NCBI RefSeq assembly: GCF_006345805.1
Contig: NW_021832118.1
Location: forward strand, 1 to 34,829
DNA from: Octopus sinensis
Lineage: Eukaryota
Direction of reading: 5' to 3'
Length of the DNA: 34,829 nt
Part shown: positions 12,812-23,330 of the stretch, piece by piece
Layout: every line of letters begins with the position of its first letter
Numbering within the stretch: position 1 is the first letter of the stretch
Notes under the pieces: generated by a model
The model's database searches: none
What the model was told of the DNA's origin: nothing
The model's input: the letters and a program-made list of their open reading frames with translations, nothing else
Made by a program: the position numbers and the translations under genes

Positions 12812-12879
12812 GATACAGCATCTGAATATGAATAAAAATGTGTGCGTGCAAGTGTGTGTGCGTGTGTGTGTGTGTGTGT

Positions 12880-12913
<34 letters not shown>

Positions 12914-13352
12914 TGTGCGTTGAATGTATATTGTGTGATGTATGTGTGTGCTAGACATAAACACTGTCGGTTAAAAGTGAAATGAAAAACAAAAAACGAT
13001 GTTATGCCACAAAGATAATTTACCACAGTCTGATAAAATAATAATACCTGACGGAAATAAGTAGTGAAATCGATATGATCGATTAAAATCTTTTGAAGTC
13101 TGTGCTCCAGCTCGGTCGCACTCCTGTGATTGAAATCAGTTTAAAACAATAATATATTCAGACAGTATTTCATACAAGGCCAACACAGCAATGTTTAAAA
13201 TCGATTGCAGTGGCAAATTATTACACACTACGCACCACATACACACATACACACACAAATGCGTGCACACAAACATACACACACATAGACATACACAAAT
13301 ACTCGCGAGCACGTATGTATAACACTATGTGTGGGGCTTGTGTCTATAAAAC

Positions 13353-13384
<32 letters not shown>

Positions 13385-13429
13385 GTGGGGAGGAGAAAGT
13401 GTCAGACAGACAGACAGGTACATGGTACA

Positions 13430-13573
13430 TGGATGGATAGACAGATAAATAAACAGACAGACAGATTGACAAACAGACAGAAGGCATACAGGCAGACAGA
13501 CAGACAGACAGAGAGAAAGAGAGAGAGGGAGGGGGAGTGTCATATAGTGAGATAGATAGATAGATAGATAGAC

Positions 13574-13625
<52 letters not shown>

Positions 13626-13646
13626 GGATGGATGGATGGATGGATG

Positions 13647-13701
<55 letters not shown>

Positions 13702-13776
13702 GGATAGATAGATAATCAGACAGATAAATAGGCAGAAAGACAGACAGACAGATAGATAGATAGATAGATAGATAGT

Positions 13777-13814
<38 letters not shown>

Positions 13815-13857
13815 TTAGATAGATAGATAGATAGATAGATGGATGGATGGATGGATG

Positions 13858-13927
<70 letters not shown>
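13430..13927. repeat. (GACA)n/(GATA)n/(GGAT)n tetranucleotide array
   Basis: Direct inspection; accounts for the IYLS-repeat ORFs of 203 and 189 aa. Confidence 0.95.
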
Positions 13928-13928
<1 letters not shown>

Positions 13929-14475
13929 TTAAACATAGCTGCCCCGGCATGGCCACAGCTCGTGGTAAGCTGAAACTAGATAAAATATATATATATACAT
14001 AAATATAAAATATAATATAGCTTCTTTGTCTGGGAGTAGGGCAAATAGTGCGAACCAAACAAATGGAGAGACAGTAAGAGCGAAGGAGACGACGAAGTAA
14101 AAGAGTCAATATGAAAAAAGGTTGTTTTATAGTCTTCTTGACATGTCATTTTACAAACTATTTTATTGATTGGTTGTCATTGATCAATACGCTATTATAT
14201 TTTCAATATTACACTCGAATCGATACAATGATGTAATGAATGTTATTGTCAATATTAAGGCATAATCGATATTTATTGTATAACCGATGGCTTTTGGGGC
14301 ACACCCTCCTCTGTTCCGTATACTCACTTGTTCTCGTATATTCTTTAATTACTTAGGGTTTTTTTGCTCGGTTTTCTTTCCTTTTCTTCTTTTACCATCA
14401 TGGCAACGGCCACAATGGAGTCATACCTTCCGAGCTGAATATCCTGTGTGTTTTGGGTCGATACTATATACTGTA

Positions 14476-14867
14476 CTAGCAGTATCGCCCGGCGTTGCTC
14501 GGGTTTGTAAGGGAAATAACTATATAAGCATTTTTAGAGAGTTATAGCCAAAAAATAGCAAAAAATGCATTAAAAATGGAAAAAAAACTATGGTAAATTT
14601 TTTTTTAAATCGTTGACTCATCGTAGACATTTTTAGAGAGTTATTTCCCTTATATAATAGCGAAAAAATGCATTAAAATGGAAAAAAATGGTAATTTTTT
14701 TTTAATCGTAGACTCATCGTAGACGCGCGCTAATACCCAGAAAGGCTCGATATGAATCACGACTATAAGATACCCGGTTTTGGTTAAACTGCACCGCAAA
14801 ATGTGGGAGTAGTTAGGAATCTAAATCGTAGGAGACAGACACACAACTTGACTTTTATATATAAAGA
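14476..14867 (-). mobile_element. Non-autonomous Helitron, 392 bp
   Basis: Minus strand starts TC (tctttatatataaaag), ends with hairpin cccgagcaacgccggg then CTAG, and is inserted between A and T. Confidence 0.85.
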
Positions 14868-15319
14868 TTTCTCAGTGCCCCAGCAAATGGCGGTGCCCCA
14901 GCATGGCCACAGCTCATGAGCTGAAACTGGAAAAATCAAAAAATCATGTAAGACGCACTTCTTCGAATATATGTCTCAAAAATATCGCATCAGGCTCAAA
15001 TATATATCTCAAAGATATTTTGCCCCAGACGCTCAGTACTCTACGCTAATTTTAATCCAGGCAGTCTCTTCTACAAAGCCTGATTCCATTACAGAAACAA
15101 TAATAAAAATCCTTTCTTTTAGGGATTACATCAGCCTTGGTACTTGACTGGTGCTTATTTTATTGACCCCGAAAGCATCAAAGGTAAAGTCGATCCCAGC
15201 GGAGTTCGAAAGCAGAACATAACGGTGAACGAAATGACGATAAGCATTTTGTCTGGCATGCTAACGGTTCTGCTAGCAACACTTCGTAAAAATAATGACC
15301 CTTTCTACAAAAGGCACAA

Positions 15320-15678
15320 AACTGAAATTTTGGGGACGGGACTAGTTGATTATACCGATCGCAGTGCATAACTGGTACATAATCTATCGACCCCAAAAGG
15401 CAAATCGACCTCGGCAGTATTTGAACTTAAAGACGAATGAAATATCTATTTCTTTACTGCCCACAAGGGACTACACACTGAGGGGACAAACAAGGAGAGA
15501 CAAACGAATTATGTCGATTATATCGACCCCAGTGCGTAACTGGTACTTAATTTATCGACCGCGAAATGATGAACGGCAAAGTCGACCTCGGCGGAATTTG
15601 AACTCAGAACGTAGCGGCGGACGAAATACCGCTAAGAATTTCGCCCGGCGTGCTAACGTTTCTGCCAGCTCGACGCCT
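15320..15678 (-). mobile_element. SINE A with duplicated body
   Basis: Reverse complement of the family A head at ~15640-15678 and two cores. Confidence 0.8.
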
Positions 15679-15725
15679 TGATGATGATGATGATGATGAT
15701 AAGGATAATGATAATAATAATAATG

Positions 15726-15777
<52 letters not shown>

Positions 15778-16101
15778 CAACAACAATAACAATAATTCTC
15801 TCTATCATAACTTTTGCTTTCTGCGTTGGTAGCCGCGTATATTACTATTTCATCCTTCTTTAGAATCAACATTCTTGGATCCCATACCTTTTCAGGATAT
15901 TGCTTGCTTTGTTCTGTGCTCAATGTTATCAGTTAGCTAAAAGGTTCCGTGCCGGTGCGATCACAATAAGCGGCTTTCACTGCATTAATTTGTTGCGTTG
16001 CAATTTGGAACAGCTAGATCTCTAACCTCTCTGACCACAACTTGCAGAGTATCACATGTTACACAGGATCAATGAACGAAGAGACAGACAAATGGAAAGA
16101 A

Positions 16102-16136
<35 letters not shown>

Positions 16137-16624
16137 CAGACAGACAGACAGACAGACAGACAGAGATCATGGGAAGAGGGTGGTGCAGGCTTTATGACCT
16201 CGACCCAAAACTGAAATTGCCACTATTGTTGATCACAAAATCAATATGCCTGATGGACACTTCTTTGAGTGGGTGTACATAAACACATAAAATGTAGATA
16301 TACATAGAGCGTACATACATGTGCGTGGTATAAATAGATAAATAAATAAATAACACACACACACACATACATATATATATATACACACACACACCCACAC
16401 ACAAATGCACACATGTCAATCGAAGAAAGTGGTACAAGAACGTAGACAATACAGTTTCGGTTTATCTAAAAAACATATTCGATCAATGGCAATGCACAGT
16501 CGACAAGGTGCTGGGGATATGATTTATAACTAACAGGGTTTCATAAACAGAAAGGATTGATATGACGTAACACAAACATTTTTAAATGTTTTCTTCTATA
16601 TGCGTACATACATATATACACGTT

Positions 16625-16914
16625 GCAATGGCCCAGTGGTTAGGGCAGCGGACTCGCGGTTGTAGGACCGCGGTTTCGATTCCCAGACCGGGCGTTGTGA
16701 GTGTTTATTGAGCGAAAACACCTAAAGCTCCACGAGGCTCCGGCAGGGGGTGGTGGCGATCCCTGCTGTACCCTTTCGCCACAATTTTCTCTCACTCGTT
16801 CTTCTGTTGGCCTGCTCGCTTAGCCAGCGGGGTGGCGTCATTTGAAGGCTAAAACAGTGCGAAGCGCATTGTGACCAGCGATGTGTAGCAAGATCTGATA
16901 GCCTGGTCGGTCAC
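16625..16914 (+). mobile_element. tRNA-derived SINE, family D
   Basis: A box tggcccagtggttag, B box ggtttcgattccc. Confidence 0.8.
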
Positions 16915-16965
<51 letters not shown>

Positions 16966-17044
16966 TTGTTGTGACCCCCTTCGGTCATGAATGACCATGG
17001 GATTGCACCTAGAAAGTTACCTTCCGAGGCACAAGTCTGGGCAA

Positions 17045-17391
17045 CAGCAGATACAGCTTCGCACCAGTGACGTCGCAGCTCATTTATTAACGTGTAAGTG
17101 GCTGAGCACTCCACAGACTCGTGTGCCCTTAACGTAGTTCTCGAGGAGATTCAGCGTGACACGGTGTGTGACAAGGCTGGCCCCTTTGAAAGACAGGTAC
17201 AACAGAAACAGGAAGAAAGAGTGAGAGAAAGTTGTGGTGAAAGATTCCATCAGGGTTCACCACCACCCACTGCCGGAGTCTCGTGGAGCTTTAGGTGTTT
17301 TCGCTCAATAAACACTCATAATGCCCGGTCTGGGAATCGAAACCGCGATCCTACGACCGCGCGTCTGCTATCCTAACCACTGGGCCATTGC
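17045..17391 (-). mobile_element. tRNA-derived SINE, family D variant with a different 3' half
   Basis: 5' ~180 bp is the inverse of 16625-16800; the 3' half matches 34400-34540. Confidence 0.8.
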
Positions 17392-17537
17392 ATCTCATAT
17401 AGGTGTTCAGTTATAGTAAAAACAATTTTACATTAATTCGAAGGATTACTCAATACATTGGGTAGAGTACAAATTTACTATTCTTTAACAAGAATGGTAT
17501 TGACAATGACCACGACGTTTCGTCCAGCTAAGCCATC

Positions 17538-17976
17538 GGATCTTTTCGGTTTGAACGGCAGTTTTTTCTAGCAGTCATATGAAATTTCCCACCCATAATT
17601 ATGACCCTAGTATCGATCTGTTTTGGGGTTAGGGTTAGTTAGAGTTAGTTAGGGTTAGTTCGGGTTAGTTAGCGTTAGGGGTGGGGAAGGGTATATTTTT
17701 TCTTCAGAAATGTAAATAAACCCAATCTGTTTCTTAAACGAGGGACATATTCATACGGCACAGAATGTTTCCACCTCAACAGACGTCATTGATTGGTTGA
17801 AATTGCAGAAATTGAAGAAAAAAACCCACACATATCTTACAAAACTATAGAATTTTCTCAATAAAGCCAAGAGAAAAAGATGTTTTATAAACACATTCTA
17901 CTAGTATACGAAGTTTAAAAGTGTTTACTTATGTGGAAATTATTTTAAAAAACTGCCGTTCAAACCGAAAAGATCC
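17538..17976. mobile_element. MITE, 439 bp, perfect 30-bp TIRs, 8-bp TSD
   Basis: TIR ggatcttttcggtttgaacggcagtttttt at 17538-17567 and its inverse at 17947-17976; TSD aagccatc at 17530-17537 and 17977-17984. Confidence 0.93.
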
Positions 17977-18415
17977 AAGCCATCATTCTAAGTATAATTT
18001 TAACCATTATATATATTATTTCCCTCGGAAGAAATTTTGTTTTTTTTCTGAAATACTTTGCCTAAATAGAAGAAGGTATGGGTGTGTGGTTAAAATGCTC
18101 GCTTTGCAACCACGTGGCTTCGGGTTTAGACCTACTGCGCATTTTGTACAATAACGCCGGTCAAACTAATATGTTGTGAATGAATTTGATTGATGGAAAC
18201 TAAGTGGAATTACGTCTTAGATATGCAAACACACAAAAGCTGGCAATCAATTATGGTAACCAACAACAGTAACCAATTCTATATAACTGGTATATAGGTT
18301 GATTGATTATTTCACTGATTGCCCAGTATGATTCTTCTAGCCAATCAAGGCGGGAATTTTGTCTGGTGGGGTTCTTATTCTCGGGGCGATTTTGTCCTAG
18401 TACTTTACGTACATG

Positions 18416-18497
<82 letters not shown>

Positions 18498-18504
18498 CGT
18501 ATGC

Positions 18505-18545
<41 letters not shown>

Positions 18546-18548
<3 letters not shown>

Positions 18549-18745
18549 AGGTCCCGGGTTGATTCGGGGTTAACCACAGTAAATAGGTACTCAATACATA
18601 GCAGAGTAAAATTAATTTATTATATAGAAGGAGCTTCTACAGGACTAGAACTGTTTCATTCAAGAGAAATCTTCAGGAGCTTCCTGAAGATTTCTCTTGA
18701 ATGAAACAGTTCTAGTCCTGTAGAAGCTCCTTCTATATAATAAAT
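18546..18745 (-). mobile_element. Penelope-like terminal relic with fold-back inversion
   Basis: Perfect palindrome 18615-18678 / 18682-18745 containing HHR motifs; on the minus strand the lower-coordinate arm continues into an AT-rich tail ending at ~18546. Confidence 0.6.
18676..18730 (+). ncRNA. Type I hammerhead ribozyme motif
   Basis: GGAGCUUC-CUGAAGA-UUUC(UCUU)GAAU-GAA-ACAG(UUCUAGUC)CUGU-A-GAAGCUCC: 8-bp stem I, intact core, GUA triplet; non-canonical U-U at the base of stem II. Confidence 0.7.
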
Positions 18746-18782
18746 ATATATATATATCTATATATATATATATATATATATA

Positions 18783-19135
18783 TTGCTTGCCAACCACATG
18801 GTTCTGGGTTCAGGTATTCTGCGTGGCACCTAGCGCTTGTATCTTCGAGTATAGCCTCGGGCCGATCAAATCTTTGTGAGTGGATTTACGGAAACCGAAA
18901 GAAACCAGTCATATTAATGTGTGAGTGTGTCTTTGTGACTGTATTTATCCCTCACCACTTCTTGACAAACGGTGTGTTTATGTCATATATATTTCTTCGC
19001 TTTTATTCGCATCAGTCATTCGAGCGCCCGATACAATAATTACCAGGCTTTAATAAAAAATAAATACTGGGGTCGATTCTTCAAGGGGATTACCTCAGCG
19101 TGGCCGCAGTCTAATGACTGAAGCGAATAAAAGAG
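18783..19135 (+). mobile_element. SINE B, diverged
   Basis: Body and tail similar to the inverse of 4258-4678. Confidence 0.7.
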
Positions 19136-19188
19136 AAGGAATATATATGACTAAAATGTTTTGAAGAATGTCCAGAATACTATATGAA

Positions 19189-19871
19189 TCTTTTCTACTC
19201 TAAGCACAAGGCCCGGAATTTTGGGGGGAGTGGTACTTAATTTATCGACCCCGAAAGGATGGAAGGCAAAGTCGACCGCGGCGGAATTTAAACTCAGAAC
19301 GTAAAGACAGACGAAATGCTGCTAAGTATTTCGCCTGGCGTGCTAACGATTTTGCCAGCTCGCCGCCTTAAGATTCTTTTCTACTCTAGGCAGAAGACCA
19401 GAAGTTTTGGGGGAGGGGCCCAGTCGATTAGATCGACCCCAGTGTGTAACTGGTACTTAATTTATCGACCCCGAAAGGATGAAAGGCAAAGTCGACTTCC
19501 GCGGAATTTGAACTCAGAACGTAGCGGCAGACGAAATACCTATTTCTTTATTACCCACAAGGTGCTAAACATAGAGGGGACAAACAAGGACAGACAAAGG
19601 GATTAAGTCGAGTACATCGACCCCAGTGCATAACTGGTACTTAATTTATCGACCCCGAAAGGATGAAAGGCAAAGTCGACCTCGGCGGAATTTGAACTCA
19701 GAACGTAGCGGCACGCGAAATTCCTATTTCTTTTCTACCCACAGGGGGCTAAACACAGAGAGGACAAACAAGGATAGACAAAGGGATTAAGTCGATTATA
19801 TCGACCCAGTGCGTAACTGGTACTTATTTAATCCCGAAAGGATAAAAGGCAAAGTCAACCTCGGCGCCTTA
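19189..19871 (-). mobile_element. SINE A four-unit multimer inside one 15-bp TSD
   Basis: Four family A cores; TSD agaatactatatgaa (19174-19188) / agaatgctatatgaa (19872-19886), one mismatch. Confidence 0.85.
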
Positions 19872-20195
19872 AGAATGCTATATGAAGAATAATAAGGTTA
19901 GTCAGAAGTGAAGGAACTATTCCTTAGTTTATAAATAGATATGGAAAGAATAAAATAAAATATTGACGCTTAAGATTTCGTGTAGCGCTTGCCACTCCTT
20001 GGCTTTCTACCGGTGCGAGCATTATCAAACGTTGGCCAATTCTTTACGATTCTAGTCACGTATTTCATTTTATTGTATTTTATTTCGCATTATTTTATTC
20101 TATTTAATTACATTTCATGGGAAAATTTTAAAGGTTTTTCTATACCTGTTTACAAGAATTCCTTTACTTCCTCAGCTTAGCATTATTCCATTTCA

Positions 20196-20598
20196 GGCGG
20201 CGAGCTGGCAGAAACGTTAGCGCGCTGGGCGAAATGCTGAGCGGTATTTCGTCTGCTGTTACGTTCTGGGTTCAAATTCCGCCGAGTTCGTCTTTGCCTT
20301 TCATCCTTTCGGAGTCGGTTAAATAAGTATCAGTTACGCACTGGGGTCGATATAATCGACTTATTCCGTTTGTCTGTTCTTGTTTGTCCTCTCTGTGTTT
20401 AGCCCCTTGTGGGTAGTAAAGAAATAAGTATTTTACCCGTCACTACATTCTGAGTTCAAATTCTGCCGAGGTCGACTTTGCCTTTCATCTTTTAGTGGGG
20501 AGGGATCGATAATTTAAGTACCAGTTTAACATTGGGGTCGATGTAATCGACAAGTCTCCATCCCCTAAATTGTAGGCCTTGTGCCTATGGTAAAAAAG
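20196..20598 (+). mobile_element. SINE A dimer with 14-bp TSD
   Basis: TSD attattccatttca (20182-20195) / attatttcatttga (20599-20612); absent from the paralogous segment near 22985. Confidence 0.85.
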
Positions 20599-20767
20599 AT
20601 TATTTCATTTGAAACACTATACAACAGATAAACATAATGTTTCGATTAACCATTTACTCGACACGTACTGAACATACCTATCTCAAACTTCCCCATGTGC
20701 TTCGTTGGAGTGGAGCAGTTGGCTGTTCGGCTTTGGCGGTACAGGTCGTTTATTTATGATATGTTCA

Positions 20768-20844
20768 GAATTAGTCTTGCTGATGAGTACGGTCGCAAAT
20801 CTCTGCGGTAAGTACGAAATCACAGGTGATACAAGACTAAATTC
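20768..20844 (+). ncRNA. Canonical type I hammerhead ribozyme
   Basis: Stem I UUAGUCUUG/CAAGACUAA (9 bp, plus a bulge and 3 bp), core CUGAUGA at 20780-20786, stem II closed by GUAC/GUAC, GAA at 20816-20818, stem III AUCA/UGAU, AUA triplet at 20829-20831. Confidence 0.9.
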
Positions 20845-21172
20845 ATTTTTTTAAATGTCTTGCTTTGAAAAATTGCATTGGGTATGATTAGTAAAATTTT
20901 TGGTAGAAATGACTAATGTCCCTCTTAGCGTGAGGCATGTATGTATAATAATGCCCTCTATATATAAATTAATATGTTCAATAAGAAAGAATTGTTTTCG
21001 AAATTTTTCTCTTATGAGGTTTTTCACGCTATCTACCTGATAATTTCTTGTTAAGATTCCTTATTAAGAGGTTATCCTTAATTGTTAAATAATTTTATTC
21101 TTTCATTTTAGGTAATTCAATTTTTGTACACACACACACACACACGGACCATGTGCATTAAAGCACACATGC

Positions 21173-21763
21173 TTATATTACTGATAAACGAAAAAAGTCT
21201 ACTTCGGGCACCGGAACTGCCAGACCATGTGATTTCGACGTGTTCCACCTCTTCGGTGACAGATATGTAGTTGTCGCATCCCAGCCAAATCTCACTGCTA
21301 GCGATATATGGAACTTGAGGGCCTATTCAGGCACTGATGTCACTAATAACTAGCAGGCTTACTAAAAAATAACTATTAGTGGCCGAAGTGGTGTTAATAC
21401 AAAAAGGCAATCTTTATATCCAACTTAACGTGGATGTATTGTTAGAGCGCCGAATAATATGTTATTTGCCAGGTCATTAGCAATATAAGTGCCTGAAGAG
21501 GCACCGAAATTCTATAGAGCTCTAACAATAAGATTTGGCTGGTATACGGCTACCAGACAGCTGCCACTGAAGACATGGCGCGTGTGGAAATCATGTGATC
21601 AGACCGTTTCGACACTCGTAGCAGGATTCTCGTCTGCCAACAATATAGGTACTTACAAAGCTACTAACGCAGTATTCGGCAGTCTAACAATGCATCCACG
21701 TTAAGACGGATATGAAGATTGCCTATTGGTATTCGTACTTCTTTTGTCGCTAATAATTATTTC
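21173..21763. repeat. Nested inverted repeats of form A-Y-A'-Y'
   Basis: A core 21205-21335 vs inverse of 21488-21618: 91/131, ungapped. Y 21366-21464 vs inverse of 21665-21763: 77/99, ungapped. Manual counts. Confidence 0.85.
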
Positions 21764-22069
21764 ATCTGTTTCCCTGTGAAAAGAATTTCTAATAGGAAAC
21801 TTTTTACATGGTTATCTAACATGTAAAATTTAGTAATCCCGATTAATAAATGAAACATGTGTAATGGCGTATAAATAATTTCAAAAAAATTTCCAACTTC
21901 CTGGTTTGCTATATAATAATAGCTTTACACACAATGTTTCCAGAATTTTCAACTCTAATACGTATACCTTACATCAACACAACAGCGACAGCAATTACAT
22001 GCGGGATTGTAAATGTGGAATAACCAGATATACTTGAATAACCAAATGTGCAGAGTATGTGTGTGTGTA

Positions 22070-22135
<66 letters not shown>

Positions 22136-22139
22136 ACGA

Positions 22140-22650
22140 TAGTTCTCCCTCACCAGTTCTTGACAACCAGAGTTTGTAGGTTTACGTCCCGTTATGTTAG
22201 GGGTTCAGCAAAAGAGACCCATACAATAATTACCAGGCTTTAAAATAAAATAAGTCTGGGGTCGATTCGTTCGACTGTGGGTTTACGTCCTGTTATGTTA
22301 GGGGTTCAGCAAAAGAGGCCCATACAATAATTACCAGGCTTTAAAATAAAATAAGCCCTGGGGTCGATTCGTTCGACTGTGGGTTTACGTTCCGTTATGT
22401 TGGGGGTTCAGCAAAAGAGGCCCATACAATAATTACCAGGCTTTAAAATAAAATAAGCCCTGGGGTCGATTCGTTCGACTGTGGGTTTACGTTCCGTTAT
22501 GTTAGGGGTTCAGCAAAAGAGGCCTATACAATAATTACTAATTACCAGGCTTTAAAATAAAATAAGTCCTGGGGTCGATTCGTTCGACAAAATTTCTTCA
22601 AGGTGGTACCCCAACATGGTTGCAGTTTAATGACTGCAAAAAATAAAAGA
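22140..22650 (+). mobile_element. SINE B 3' part with four tandem 101-102-bp internal units
   Basis: Units start at 22176, 22277, 22379 and 22481; SINE B tail at ~22590-22650. Confidence 0.85.
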
Positions 22651-23104
22651 CAAAAAATATATATGTCTAAAATATTTTTTAGCGGGGTCCAGGATACTAC
22701 ATGGATAACAATAAAGTTAATCAGAAGTGAAGGAATTGTCCCCAAATTTATAAATAGATACAGAAAGAATAAAATGAAACATTGTCGTTTAAGATTTCGT
22801 CTAGCGCTTGCCACTCAATGGCTTTCTACCGGTGTGAGTAATATCAAGCGTTGGACAATTCTTTTAGGTTCTAGTCATGTATTTCATATAATTGTATTTT
22901 ATTTCGCATTATTTCATTCTATTTAATTTCGTGGGAAAATTTTGAAGATTTTTCTCTACCTGTATGCAAGAATTCCTTTACTTCCTCAAACTCTATAAAA
23001 CAGATAAACGTAATGTTTCGATAAACGATATTATATTCGACATGTACTGAACATTATACTCTCTCTTTCATTTTACCCCATTCAATTTTCGCACACACGC
23101 ACGC

Positions 23105-23138
<34 letters not shown>

Positions 23139-23215
23139 CTATGAATTTGTGTATGTATTCATGAATGCATGCATGTATATATATTATATATATGTATATA
23201 TATATATATACATGA

Positions 23216-23253
<38 letters not shown>

Positions 23254-23281
23254 TGTATATATATTATATATGTGTGTGTGT

Positions 23282-23330
<49 letters not shown>

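Noticed and set aside
13325-14109. Longest non-LINE ORFs (203 and 189 aa), and the poly-Y/I/M/H and CV/YI ORFs throughout
   Set aside because: Translations of stop-free microsatellites.
15790-15923. Minus-strand ORF STEQSKQYPEKVWDPRM... with an AAG/GTATGG donor-like site
   Set aside because: There is a stop just upstream, and the candidate 49-nt exon has stops in all three frames.
17500-17537. CGAAACGTC on the minus strand next to the MITE, as an interrupted hammerhead
   Set aside because: Removing the MITE restores neither CUGANGA nor stem I; at most a truncated relic.
19960-20110. Reading frame open in both copies of the local duplication
   Set aside because: Differences between the copies are mostly non-synonymous, as expected for neutral sequence.
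20695-20813. Possible first coding exon: ATG at 20695, 37 open codons (MCFVGVEQLAVRLWRYRSF...), GTAAGT donor at 20808
   Set aside because: No recognisable protein or partner exon, and the donor and GC-rich part are explained by hammerhead stem II. Spliced reads at 20807/20808 would revive it.
21162-21353. 63-codon stop-free frame across inverted-repeat arm A
   Set aside because: No ATG or splice signals, and the mirror arm has two stops in the equivalent frame.
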